From a virus: DNA of 40,084 bases. Both the position numbers and the translations under genes were made by a program. Shown here one piece after another: positions 1-8,816 of the stretch. Location: the UHGV virus genome UHGV-0204614, one strand, 5' to 3'. The notes under the pieces were generated by a model. It was not told where the DNA came from, did no database searches, and saw nothing but the letters and a program-made list of their open reading frames with translations. Positions within the stretch are counted from its first letter, which is position 1. Each line of letters begins with the position of its first letter.

Positions 1-1623
1 ATGGGCAGCTGGTTAGCAACAACATCTATGGGTGAGAATCCTGTTATAAATGTAGAAATATGGAATGACGGAACCACTCGTAATGGAACAAGCATTACTG
101 CACATGTAGGTTTATGTTTAAAAGCAATTAACGGGTATAATTGGTGGGGATATGGCGTTAACGTTAGCTGGGACTGGTATGATGCCTCAGGGAGATGGGT
201 TCAAGGTCAGGATGTGATTATGAAGTCCAACTCTGAAACACAATGGGAAGATACCCGGTACTGGGTGGATTTTACCGTTGACACAGGCAACTATGACGCA
301 GGAGCTCTCAACGCTTCGTTTTGTGTGTACCCAAACTCAGGTGCATGGGGGAATGGTGCTGAAGCAAAGTTTTGGTATGATTCGGGATACATAGCTCCTT
401 CACGAGGAAACGTTTCAGCTGAGGTTCCGCTTCCCAATATAGATGTTTGGTTTGAAACGATTAACATCAACTGGGACTCTTTTAATGGAGGCACTTCGGG
501 AATTTCTTACTATGGTATTTTTAAGCAGGAAGGAGACACATATGATGGCAGCTTTGGGGCATCCTCCGGTATTGAACAAGTATGGACTTCGGAGAATAAC
601 GGTTCGTTCCAGTGGAACGGAATGTCCAAACATCCAATGTACTACCTGAAAAATGTGAAAACAGGAAAATATATGGATGTCAATGATGGAGAGCTAGTCA
701 ATAACCAACCCGTGAATACATATCCGTTTAATGGAAGCCAATCGCAGAGATGGAGTTTTGAGAGTATTTCGGGCGAAAGCAACACCTACTTTTTGCACCC
801 TGATGACGCTTACAATGCTCTGATGGAAATTTCCAATGGAGAAGCATATGACGGCAAATCGGTGCAGCTGTATGAACACCACGGATATGATCATCAAAAA
901 TTTATCTTGGTTCCTTCCGGTTTACCCAACAATTCATATTATATTGTGCCGAAGCACGCACAGGAATTTTGTTTGGACGTTGATGACGGAAATCTGACCA
1001 CTTTGCAGCTGTGGACCAGAAATCAATCTGAAAATCAGCAATGGATACTGGAAGATGCTTCCGACGCTTGGCGTGGCAGGTGGTTTCAATTTAACGTAGT
1101 GGCGGTTGCAAATGACGGAAATAAATCAGACCAAAGCACTTTTATAGGCTCATGGCGTAAAAATCAGCGTCCCACACCTGCATTGAATCCGTCAGCAACG
1201 CCAAACCCTGTTAATTTGGGTCAACCCATCAACCTTACTTGGGGTGAAAGCACAGATAGTGATTTTAGAGCAAACAATAAGTATGAGATAGAGTTAGAAC
1301 GTAGCAGAAATGGCGATAATTATGTAAAAGTAGGTGACTCTTTTTACAGCAATACCAATTCACTTTCCACTTATACAGGATATTCGCCTTATGCTATGCC
1401 GGGTGATCTGTTTCGATTTCGTGTCAGAGGATATGACTTTTTTGACATCTCTTCTGCCTGGTCCGTATACGGGACATTTGAGATACAAAAGTCAGGTATT
1501 AACTACCCAGTGGGAGAGCAGTGGAAAGGTCACTATGTACATGTTGTACTAGATGGGACATGGACCATATGTCAGGTATTCATTGTTCAGAAAAACCAAT
1601 GGGAACAATGTATAATGCAATAA
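1..1623 (+). CDS. Putative tail fibre/receptor-binding protein with FN3-like domains and a ricin-B (RICIN) lectin domain
   Basis: QxW-type repeats ([21 protein letters not shown]) and [14 protein letters not shown] typical of ricin-B; FN3-like INLTW...YEIE...FRFRVRG; last gene of tail module before lysin. Confidence 0.7.
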   Translation: MGSWLATTSMGENPVINVEIWNDGTTRNGTSITAHVGLCLKAINGYNWWGYGVNVSWDWYDASGRWVQGQDVIMKSNSETQWEDTRYWVDFTVDTGNYDAGALNASFCVYPNSGAWGNGAEAKFWYDSGYIAPSRGNVSAEVPLPNIDVWFETININWDSFNGGTSGISYYGIFKQEGDTYDGSFGASSGIEQVWTSENNGSFQWNGMSKHPMYYLKNVKTGKYMDVNDGELVNNQPVNTYPFNGSQSQRWSFESISGESNTYFLHPDDAYNALMEISNGEAYDGKSVQLYEHHGYDHQKFILVPSGLPNNSYYIVPKHAQEFCLDVDDGNLTTLQLWTRNQSENQQWILEDASDAWRGRWFQFNVVAVANDGNKSDQSTFIGSWRKNQRPTPALNPSATPNPVNLGQPINLTWGESTDSDFRANNKYEIELERSRNGDNYVKVGDSFYSNTNSLSTYTGYSPYAMPGDLFRFRVRGYDFFDISSAWSVYGTFEIQKSGINYPVGEQWKGHYVHVVLDGTWTICQVFIVQKNQWEQCIMQ

Positions 1624-1640
1624 AGAAAAGAGGAGTAAAC

Positions 1641-2741
1641 ATGCAACTATCAGTAATCGATGTAAGCGAACATCAAAGAAATATTAACTGGGAAAAAGTA
1701 AAGAACGCGGGCGTGGTCGGTGCCATGATACGTACAGGCTATGGCATCAAAGACCCAAACCAAATCGATAAGTACTTTTATAACAATCTATCAGGTTGTC
1801 AAAATGTTGGAATGCCTTATGGATTCTATCATTATTCCTACGCTATGGATGTAGCAGGTGCGGAGCAGGAAGCAGACTTTTGTCTTGAACTTATCGCAGG
1901 AAGTAATCCGCAGTATCCTGTAGCGTTTGACATGGAAGAAAAAAGTCAAGCGGCATTAGGTAAAGCGGTATGTACCGATATGGCAATTGCGTTTTGCAAC
2001 AAAATTCGTGCAGCAGGTTATCAACCTATGCTATATACCAATTTAAACTGGGCGACTAATTATATTGATATGGCACGCATTGACGCGGCAGGCATAGACG
2101 TATGGTTGGCACAATACAACACGCAGTGCGACTACAAAGGCGCATATACCATGTGGCAGTATTCATCTAAAGAGGTTATTGACGGTATTACAGCCAACAC
2201 CGCAGACATGAACTGGTGCTATAAAGATTACACCAACGGAGCCGCTCCCACACCTGCACCAGAGCCGAGTTACGACACATATACAGTTATGGCAGGGGAT
2301 ACATTAAGCGGTATTGCTGCAAAGTTTGGCACTACTTATCAAGAACTGGCAGCAATTAACGGTATTGCAGACCCGAACGTAATTCATGTAGGACAAATTA
2401 TCAAGCTTAAAAGAGATACGACAAGCACACCGCAAAGCGGTGACACCTACACAGTACAAGCAGGAGACACATTAAGTGGAATCGCTGCAAAGTACGGTAC
2501 TACCTATCAGGAGCTGGCTGCTTTAAATGGTATCGCAGACCCAAATGTCATTTATGTGGGACAAGTATTGAAAGTCACAGGTAGCGCAGTCGGTCGCACT
2601 TACACAGTGCAGTCTGGTGATAGCTTGTGGCAAATCGCACAATCACAGCTTGGTAATGGCGCACGATACCAAGAAATAAAAGCGTTAAACGGCTTATCTG
2701 ATGATACTATCTACCCCGGTCAAGTGCTACAGCTGCCATAA
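1641..2741 (+). CDS. Endolysin: GH25 muramidase with three LysM domains
   Basis: [34 protein letters not shown]25 motifs; three YTVxxGDTLSxIA repeats; RBS AGGAG before ATG 1641. Confidence 0.93.
   Translation: MQLSVIDVSEHQRNINWEKVKNAGVVGAMIRTGYGIKDPNQIDKYFYNNLSGCQNVGMPYGFYHYSYAMDVAGAEQEADFCLELIAGSNPQYPVAFDMEEKSQAALGKAVCTDMAIAFCNKIRAAGYQPMLYTNLNWATNYIDMARIDAAGIDVWLAQYNTQCDYKGAYTMWQYSSKEVIDGITANTADMNWCYKDYTNGAAPTPAPEPSYDTYTVMAGDTLSGIAAKFGTTYQELAAINGIADPNVIHVGQIIKLKRDTTSTPQSGDTYTVQAGDTLSGIAAKYGTTYQELAALNGIADPNVIYVGQVLKVTGSAVGRTYTVQSGDSLWQIAQSQLGNGARYQEIKALNGLSDDTIYPGQVLQLP
2278..2575 (+). repeat. Near-identical tandem LysM coding repeats (internal duplication)
   Basis: [40 protein letters not shown] vs [40 protein letters not shown]. 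Confidence 0.8.
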
Positions 2742-2753
2742 ACGGAGGTAGCT

Positions 2754-3089
2754 ATGAGTGTAAATCTGGACATAATTTTATACATATGCGGGGTTATAAC
2801 CTCGACATCAGCGGCGGTCGCTATCGTCATCAAGCTGATAAATAAAAAGATAACAAAAACCATTGAAAATAACAAAATGTTCAAAAATGTCAATGCCGCT
2901 TTGGTATCACAGATACGTTATCAGATAGATACCGCTTTAAGACGGGCGAAAGCAGAAGGGCACGTCAGCAACTACTCGATGTCCGCTTTAGAGGCTTTAT
3001 TTGAAGTCTATAAGGCTATGGGCGGCAACGGCTTTGTTGAAAGTGAAATGGAAGAGATAAGAAAGATAAATCAAAATGGAGGGAATTAG
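2754..3089 (+). CDS. Holin-like/lysis accessory protein, one N-terminal TM helix
   Basis: Hydrophobic N-terminus, YKAMGGNG motif common in Firmicute phage lysis-cassette proteins; RBS GGAGG. Confidence 0.65.
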   Translation: MSVNLDIILYICGVITSTSAAVAIVIKLINKKITKTIENNKMFKNVNAALVSQIRYQIDTALRRAKAEGHVSNYSMSALEALFEVYKAMGGNGFVESEMEEIRKINQNGGN

Positions 3090-3090
3090 C

Positions 3091-3414
3091 ATGGACTTTA
3101 CAGAATATATTAAGCCAGAATTATTAATCTTAGTACCAGTTTTATATGTGATTGGTATGGCAGTAAAGAAAACAGCCTTGATTGCTGATAAGCTCATTCC
3201 GTTGGTAGTGGGTGCAATTGGTATTTTGCTGTCAGTCATTTATGTATTGGCTACCAGTGACCTAGGTAGTCCGCAAGCTGTAGCTATGGCAATCTTTACA
3301 GCACTGACACAAGGTGTGCTGGTAAGTGGTGCAAGTGTATATGCGAACCAAATTTTCAAACAGTTTAAAAGCAACAGCTCAAAAGATGGTGGTACAGATA
3401 CAGAACAAAAATAA
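3091..3414 (+). CDS. Phage holin (about three TM helices)
   Basis: YIKPELLILVPVLYVIG, IPLVVGAIGILL, QGVLVSGASVYANQIFKQ with charged C-tail; position after endolysin. Confidence 0.85.
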   Translation: MDFTEYIKPELLILVPVLYVIGMAVKKTALIADKLIPLVVGAIGILLSVIYVLATSDLGSPQAVAMAIFTALTQGVLVSGASVYANQIFKQFKSNSSKDGGTDTEQK

Positions 3415-3416
3415 GT

Positions 3417-3461
3417 AAAAAAAGAGGGTAGCGGTTTAACAGCCGTTACCCTCTTTTTTTT
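3417..3461. terminator. Bidirectional intrinsic terminator between convergent lysis and integrase genes
   Basis: A7-GAGGGTAGCGGTT-TAAC-AGCCGTTACCCTC-T8 hairpin with A and T tracts on both sides. Confidence 0.9.
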
Positions 3462-3471
3462 ATGCAAAAAA

Positions 3472-5055
3472 TCACTTAGTGATTTTAAATATTAGCGCAA
3501 ACACATTTTTGAACACCGCAACGGTAATTTGGGGTTCGTATGTGCGCATTATGGTGGAACATTGAGCGCAGTGTACGAACACCTTTCCTAAAGTTTCAGC
3601 ATCGTTGATTTCGGCAAGAGTAACGGTGTTCTTATCTCCAGAATAATTAAAGGTTCCGATAATTTTATCATCATATACGAAGATTGCATTCACAAAAGTG
3701 TCTATCAAGCGTTTACAACACTCTCTATCCTCAATATCCTCATTGCGAAAGCAGCAAAGAAAAAATAGAATTTGGTCTCTTGTTAATTGTAGAGATTTTG
3801 CATGTTCTAAATCTGCAATTTCTGTGCTAATCTCTGTTCGCTGGGTGTCAAGCTCATCTAGTCGCTGTTTTGTGATATCATTGATTATTCCGGACTCAAT
3901 AGCTTTCATAACATTTGAAATGGCTTGATTTACTTGTGACAGCTTTTTGTTAAGACTTTCTAAGTAATTGTTTTCTTTATTCTGTTCAATGTAATAAGCA
4001 TATACACTATCAGCGATGAAACTCAGCAGTTCATCATCTTGAAGAATCATATGTACGTGGGAAATGACTAAGTCTTCAATGTATCGCTGTTTCACAGCTT
4101 TTTTGTTACATGTCTGTTGCCTTTTCTTCTTGGTGCACACGTAGTAGTTATGTTTCTTTCCAGTTTTACTTGTGCCGCTTTCACCGACCATTTTAGATCC
4201 ACATTTTCCACAAAATATTTTGTCTGTCAGTATATAATCTGATTTACTCCATTTATGTGCTGGTGCTCTCTTATTTATCTTTAGCATATCCTGTACTTTA
4301 TAAAAAGTGTCCTTATCCACAATGGCAGGAACTCCATTTTCAATTCGGATTTCATTTTTGTATTTATATACGCCTATGTATTTTTCATTTTTCAGTATCG
4401 AGCGCAAGCTATTTTTATTAAATTTTCCTCCTCGTAGAGTTCGTAACCCTTTTTCATTTAAAAATTTTGTGATTTCTGTACAAGTGTTTCCTTTAGCGTA
4501 CATATCGAAAATCAACCGAACAGTTGGGGCTGTGTCGGGATCAATAATAAACTTTTTGTCAGCTCCGGTAAGGTAACCTAATGGACGATTTCCTCCTGTG
4601 CTTTGGCATTTCTCCGCGCTTGCTCGTTGTCCTCTCAAGATGTTTTGAGATAACTGCAAGCTATAATACTCTGCCATACCTTCTAAGACACTCTCTAAAA
4701 TCACACCTTCTGGACTGTCGGGTATACTTTCAGCAACGTATACGACTTTAACACCGTTCTTTTTGCAGCGGTATTTATTGAAAGCAATTTCTTCTCTGTT
4801 GCGACCAAATCTGTCTATTTTCCAAAGAATGATAGTCCCGAATTGATTTTTAGAGGTATCTTTTAACATTTCTTGAAAGGCAGTACGATTATCGTTTCGC
4901 CCAGTTGCGGCACGGTCAACATACTCGCGAATAATAGTAAGTCCGTTTGCCGTTGCGTAATCACGCGCAGCAGCGAGTTGTCCCTCGATACTTTGTTCTC
5001 CTTGTCTATGACTTGAATAACGGGCATAAACCACCGCTAATTTATGCTTGCTCAC
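3472..5055 (-). CDS. int: Large serine recombinase (integrase)
   Basis: YARYSS catalytic Ser, DRFGRN, recombinase domain, zinc ribbon CGKCG...YYVC...C, coiled coil. Confidence 0.95.
   Translation of the reverse strand: MSKHKLAVVYARYSSHRQGEQSIEGQLAAARDYATANGLTIIREYVDRAATGRNDNRTAFQEMLKDTSKNQFGTIILWKIDRFGRNREEIAFNKYRCKKNGVKVVYVAESIPDSPEGVILESVLEGMAEYYSLQLSQNILRGQRASAEKCQSTGGNRPLGYLTGADKKFIIDPDTAPTVRLIFDMYAKGNTCTEITKFLNEKGLRTLRGGKFNKNSLRSILKNEKYIGVYKYKNEIRIENGVPAIVDKDTFYKVQDMLKINKRAPAHKWSKSDYILTDKIFCGKCGSKMVGESGTSKTGKKHNYYVCTKKKRQQTCNKKAVKQRYIEDLVISHVHMILQDDELLSFIADSVYAYYIEQNKENNYLESLNKKLSQVNQAISNVMKAIESGIINDITKQRLDELDTQRTEISTEIADLEHAKSLQLTRDQILFFLCCFRNEDIEDRECCKRLIDTFVNAIFVYDDKIIGTFNYSGDKNTVTLAEINDAETLGKVFVHCAQCSTIMRTYEPQITVAVFKNVFALIFKITK
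3534..3580. other. Candidate attP site inside the integrase 3' end
   Basis: 47-bp imperfect inverted repeat GTTCGTA..TGCGC..[TGGTGGA]..GCGCA..TACGAAC, size typical for serine integrase attP, at the lysis/lysogeny boundary. Confidence 0.65.
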
Positions 5056-5083
5056 AAATATACCTCCGTTTTAGGCGTTTTTT

Positions 5084-5641
5084 TTATTTTGTAATGTATT
5101 CGTGAAACTCTTTAATCCATTCAGGATGTTCAGAACCTTTTAAAATTAATTCTCCATTTTTGTACTCGGCGATTTCTGCAAAGCCGTTGTCGTTATCAAA
5201 AAAGACAGCTTCGTCACAATAGGGGAGAATAGCCTTTAGAGATTCGAATCTATTTTGAAATCTGCGCATAACATCTTCTTTAGGAATATCATGCCCGCCT
5301 TTTTCAACACGGTTTTGGATTCTTTTTAAACTCTCTGTGGCTGTGTCTAAGCCTACATAATATAATCTAATGTAATATCCATGCTCTTTTGCCTTTTTCG
5401 CTGTAGAAACAGTTCTTGCACCTGAAAGAGTAGTTTCTTGTGTAAATGATAAACCGTGCTCAATGCAATGGTTTATTTTTTTTATCGCTTCTTTACCACC
5501 GGATATTTTATCACCTAGAGTGGCGTTTAGCTTATCCACATCAATAATAGTGCCTAAGTCTTTGCGTTCTGCCTTAATTGCACCGGTAAGACTGGATTTT
5601 CCGGAGCCATTTACGCCGCCTATAATAGTGTATATTTTCAT
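5084..5641 (-). CDS. Zeta-toxin-like P-loop kinase/ATPase (COG4185-like)
   Basis: Walker A GGVNGSGKS, FTQETTLSG, RVEKGGHDIP motifs; RBS AGGAGG. Confidence 0.8.
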   Translation of the reverse strand: MKIYTIIGGVNGSGKSSLTGAIKAERKDLGTIIDVDKLNATLGDKISGGKEAIKKINHCIEHGLSFTQETTLSGARTVSTAKKAKEHGYYIRLYYVGLDTATESLKRIQNRVEKGGHDIPKEDVMRRFQNRFESLKAILPYCDEAVFFDNDNGFAEIAEYKNGELILKGSEHPEWIKEFHEYITK

Positions 5642-5711
5642 GTTTTCGCCTCCTAAAAAGGGTACAAAAAAGCAACCCTTGTTTTTATGTGGTTATAGTT
5701 CGATTGTTAGT

Positions 5712-6410
5712 TTATGAGATTAGCGCATATTTTTTTTTCAGAGGGGATTCTTTCCAAAATAAATCATCTTCGATATCATTTAAAGATTTAATATTAATTC
5801 CTTTTTCACGTTGTTTATTTAAGGATAGTATTACAATTTCATTGAGCGGGGTTCCGTTTAGATACTGATTTATCTCGTATTTTAAACTTTCAAATCTATA
5901 CTTTATAACAGTCTCAGTCACATTAAAATATGACGAAAAATTGCGTCTGATTTTTCGAATGCCAAACGACGTGTTTAAGTTTTCTTTATTTTGCTCCAAA
6001 AGCGGAAGTAGTAATTTATAAGGAACTAATAGTTCAGCAGCGCCTTCGTTGGCCTCCCACTCTAAAAATTTGTTTTGTTTTGGTTTTACTTTATCAAAAC
6101 AGTTAAAAAATCTTGTTGGCCCCTCGCGATGTAAATTTAAATGCATCAACTCGTGGCAGCAAATGAAATTTTTTTCAACGGGAAGTTGATTGCTGTTAAG
6201 AATTATAACATCTTTCTCCTTTAGATTTCCTATGCAAGACATACCTTTAAGCCCAATGGTGTTAAAGGATATGTAACCTATCTGGAGATTTGGGATTTGT
6301 TTACAAATTTTAATAGTATCTATGCAATGTTCATGTTTTGGGATTCCTAAGTTTTGTTTTAGAGCTGTAACTTTATTATATAAATTTTCTTTGGTGAGAA
6401 AATGATACAT
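5712..6410 (-). CDS. immA: ImmA/IrrE-family metallopeptidase (anti-repressor protease)
   Basis: HELMH zinc motif followed by EWEANEGAAELLVP; immediately downstream of repressor. Confidence 0.88.
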   Translation of the reverse strand: MYHFLTKENLYNKVTALKQNLGIPKHEHCIDTIKICKQIPNLQIGYISFNTIGLKGMSCIGNLKEKDVIILNSNQLPVEKNFICCHELMHLNLHREGPTRFFNCFDKVKPKQNKFLEWEANEGAAELLVPYKLLLPLLEQNKENLNTSFGIRKIRRNFSSYFNVTETVIKYRFESLKYEINQYLNGTPLNEIVILSLNKQREKGINIKSLNDIEDDLFWKESPLKKKYALIS

Positions 6411-6427
6411 TTTAACCTCCAGACAAT

Positions 6428-6994
6428 TTAATTATTTCTCAATCGCTTTATCATCTCTATTGCGTCTTTGATATCCCTGGGGTCTATTTCGTTTTCCTGC
6501 GCCTCTTTGGCGAAATTAAAATAAATGCGTTCAAGAGATTCATTTGCTTTTGCCTCTGCTCCATCGGCAGGAACTTTTTTTATGCCTTTTTTTAAAGTTG
6601 TTATCCAGTTCCCTTCACTATCTATGGATACCGACATTACCGTCGCGTCTATAAGGTTTATTAGACGTGAGATATCCATATCCTCAGTGTCAGCAGGTAT
6701 ACCCCAAACCATTTGCAAAGCTTCCTCACTTATTCCTAAATTCGTAAGAAAAGTTTTACGGTTAGTATCAATTTGTTCCCAAAAGTCAAACGGTGGTGTA
6801 CCTAATAGAAAGTTTATCGGAACTTTAAAATAATTAGCAATTTTAGTAAGTGTATCTGTCGAGAGGTTTTTCTTTCTCCCCATTTTCAAGTCCGTTATAA
6901 TTCCACGGCTTAGATTTATATCTTTACACATTTGACCAGCACTAATTTTTCTATTGTCACATAAGGTAGTGATTCTTTTGTACAAATCTGACAT
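6428..6994 (-). CDS. XRE-family HTH immunity repressor (ImmR/CI-like, no S24 peptidase domain seen)
   Basis: N-terminal HTH ending KIANYFKVPINFLLG; divergent from cro-like gene. Confidence 0.88.
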   Translation of the reverse strand: MSDLYKRITTLCDNRKISAGQMCKDINLSRGIITDLKMGRKKNLSTDTLTKIANYFKVPINFLLGTPPFDFWEQIDTNRKTFLTNLGISEEALQMVWGIPADTEDMDISRLINLIDATVMSVSIDSEGNWITTLKKGIKKVPADGAEAKANESLERIYFNFAKEAQENEIDPRDIKDAIEMIKRLRNN

Positions 6995-7028
6995 GGATTA
7001 TCCTCCTAAATATGTGCAAGTATACAAT

Positions 7029-7150
7029 ATACTTTAAAAAGTACAAAATACACTTGATTTGTACTCGAATAAGTACTATCATTTAGGTGAAGAAGTACTC
7101 TATCAAGTATTTATTACCTTGCGATATTATAATAATACTTTTTTAAGTAC
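7029..7150. promoter_or_regulatory. Four 16-bp palindromic operators, consensus RTACT-N5-AAGTAY
   Basis: ATACTTTAAAAAGTAC 7029-7044, GTACTCGAATAAGTAC 7061-7076, GTACTCTATCAAGTAT 7095-7110, ATACTTTTTTAAGTAC 7135-7150. Confidence 0.8.
7054..7082 (+). promoter_or_regulatory. Lytic (rightward) sigmaA-type promoter
   Basis: TTGATT-17bp-TATCAT; operator 2 fills the spacer. Confidence 0.6.
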
Positions 7151-7157
7151 TTGTCAA
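7129..7157 (-). promoter_or_regulatory. Lysogenic (leftward) sigmaA-type promoter for repressor
   Basis: Minus strand TTGACA-17bp-TATTAT; operator 4 fills the spacer. Confidence 0.65.
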
Positions 7158-7180
7158 TAACTATATAGGGGGTGGTGATT

Positions 7181-7453
7181 GTGAGTGAATCAAATTTTGG
7201 AGTAGCTGTAAGAATCAAGTTACTAAAAATAGGAAAAACGCAGGATTGGTTAATAGAAGAATGTAGATCCAAAACGGGTCTGTATCTTGACACTGGGTAC
7301 ATGTGGCGTATTCTAAGTGGTCGGCGTAAAAGTCCTAAGATACGACACGCAATTTGTGAAATTTTGGATTTAAACGAGTCGGATTTCGACCAAGAGCGTG
7401 ATGGAAGTCAAATTGAAAGAGGTGTGCAGTATGACAGAAATGCAAATAATTGA
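7181..7453 (+). CDS. Cro-like HTH protein
   Basis: FGVAVRIKLLKIGKTQDWL...ILSGRRKSPK; first gene of lytic arm; start could be 7172. Confidence 0.75.
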   Translation: MSESNFGVAVRIKLLKIGKTQDWLIEECRSKTGLYLDTGYMWRILSGRRKSPKIRHAICEILDLNESDFDQERDGSQIERGVQYDRNANN

Positions 7454-8189
7454 ACAAAGAGAAGTTTTGGGGAAAGATTTTAAAATTTATGGCGATTATG
7501 AGAATCCTTTATTTTTGGCGAAAGATGTTGCGGAATGGATTGAGCATAGTAATGCAAGAATGATGTTACAAAGCGTAGATGATGATGAAAAGGTTGTAAA
7601 GAATGCTTACACCCTTGGAGGAAACCAAGAACAATGGTTCCTTACTGAAAATGGTCTATATGAAGTATTAATGCAATCAAGAAAACCGATAGCTAAAGAA
7701 TTTAAGAAACAGGTCAAAGAAATTCTAAAATCTATCCGAAAGCATGGTGCATATATGACACCAGAAACACTGGAAGCGGCAATACTTAATCCAGATACGA
7801 TTATTAAGATTGCAACCGCATTGAAAGAAGAGAAAGAGAAAAATCAACTATTACAAATGGTGAATTCAAATTTAAAAATTGAAAATGCCATTATGACACC
7901 AAAGGCAGAGTATTTTGATGATTTAGTAGATCGCAATCTATTGACTAACTTTAGAGAAACAGCAAAACAACTACAAGTGAAAGAAAGGGATTTTATAAAA
8001 TTTCTACTTGAAAAGAAATACTTATATCGAGACAAACGCGCAAAATTAATGCCCTATGCAAAACATGTTGAACAAGGTTTATTCGTAATAAAAGAGTGTT
8101 TCAATGATAAATCCAGCTGGAGTGGAACACAGACTTTGGTTACACCAAAAGGTAGAGAAACTTTTAGATTGCTCTGCATTAAAAAGTAA
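7431..8189 (+). CDS. Phage antirepressor (BRO-N plus ANT/KilA-C domain)
   Basis: PLFLAKDVAEWI, FLTENGLYEVLMQSRKP, IRKHGAYMT, QTLVTPKGR. Confidence 0.9.
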   Translation: MTEMQIIEQREVLGKDFKIYGDYENPLFLAKDVAEWIEHSNARMMLQSVDDDEKVVKNAYTLGGNQEQWFLTENGLYEVLMQSRKPIAKEFKKQVKEILKSIRKHGAYMTPETLEAAILNPDTIIKIATALKEEKEKNQLLQMVNSNLKIENAIMTPKAEYFDDLVDRNLLTNFRETAKQLQVKERDFIKFLLEKKYLYRDKRAKLMPYAKHVEQGLFVIKECFNDKSSWSGTQTLVTPKGRETFRLLCIKK

Positions 8190-8239
8190 TTACGAAAATC
8201 AAGTAAATGTGAAAATAATCACGAAACGAGGCGAGGATA

Positions 8240-8392
8240 TTGAGTGAAACCACTAAGATCAAAATACAGGAAAAACCAGACGGCGTTGTGCTTAAAAATT
8301 TATGTAGTACATTTCTTGAGTCAATTTTTCGTTTTTATGAAGACCCGAAAAATCAGAAAAGATTTAAGGAATGGATGTGTGAAAGGAGGTGA
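8240..8392 (+). CDS. Small hypothetical protein (50 aa, FYEDPKNQKRFKEW), not in ORF track
   Basis: TTG start after GAGG; fills gap exactly; helical charged composition. Confidence 0.55.
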   Translation: MSETTKIKIQEKPDGVVLKNLCSTFLESIFRFYEDPKNQKRFKEWMCERR

Positions 8393-8396
8393 TTAA

Positions 8397-8651
8397 ATGA
8401 ACAAAATATTTGATTGGGTATTCATTGTGTTAACTTTCGCTTTAACCATGTCCGCGCTTGGTGTGGTCGGGAGTTTTGAGCAGGGCAACATCGACTTTAC
8501 AGGCTTCTTTATAGGACAAGCTGTATGTATAGCCGGTATTGCAGCATTAGCAATATTAAATCATTTTTTAAGTAAAAAGAAAAAGTTCCGTAAGAGTTGC
8601 AGCTCAAACGGAACAAAGAAAAAAATTAACCGATTTCAGTATACCAAATAA
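8397..8651 (+). CDS. Small two-TM membrane protein
   Basis: Two hydrophobic segments, basic tail, RBS AGGAGG. Confidence 0.7.
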   Translation: MNKIFDWVFIVLTFALTMSALGVVGSFEQGNIDFTGFFIGQAVCIAGIAALAILNHFLSKKKKFRKSCSSNGTKKKINRFQYTK

Positions 8652-8666
8652 GGGGAGGGCGTGTCA

Positions 8667-8816
8667 ATGTACATAGAATATTCATGTAAAGACGAGGATA
8701 TATGTGACACATGCTGTCCCAATAAAGATTGTATCTACCATAAAACAAATATAAAAGGAGAACTTACAAATGATACCAACAACAATAACGCTAACTCTGG
8801 ACGACAAAGCAATTGA
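8667..8816 (+). CDS. Possible small Cys-rich protein (49 aa), not in ORF track
   Basis: ATG after GGGGAGG; C-x5-C-x2-CC-x4-C-x2-H; overlaps next gene by about 47 nt. Confidence 0.35.
   Translation: MYIEYSCKDEDICDTCCPNKDCIYHKTNIKGELTNDTNNNNANSGRQSN

Noticed and set aside
1..1623. Diversity-generating retroelement or invertible tail-fibre cassette
   Set aside because: No reverse transcriptase, no template/variable repeat pair noticed, no inverted alternative C-termini or dedicated invertase
1521..1640. N-terminal extension of the endolysin in the ORF track
   Set aside because: Overlaps gene 1; RBS and GH25 start support ATG at 1641
5712..5740. ssrA-like degron (YALIS) and A9 tract at the ImmA C-terminus
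   Set aside because: Lacks the terminal AA of ssrA tags; slippage would alter only the last few residues; too weak to support
7029..7150. Regularly spaced repeats resembling a mini CRISPR array
   Set aside because: Units are 16-bp degenerate palindromes with 16-24 bp gaps overlapping promoters between repressor and cro; they fit operators
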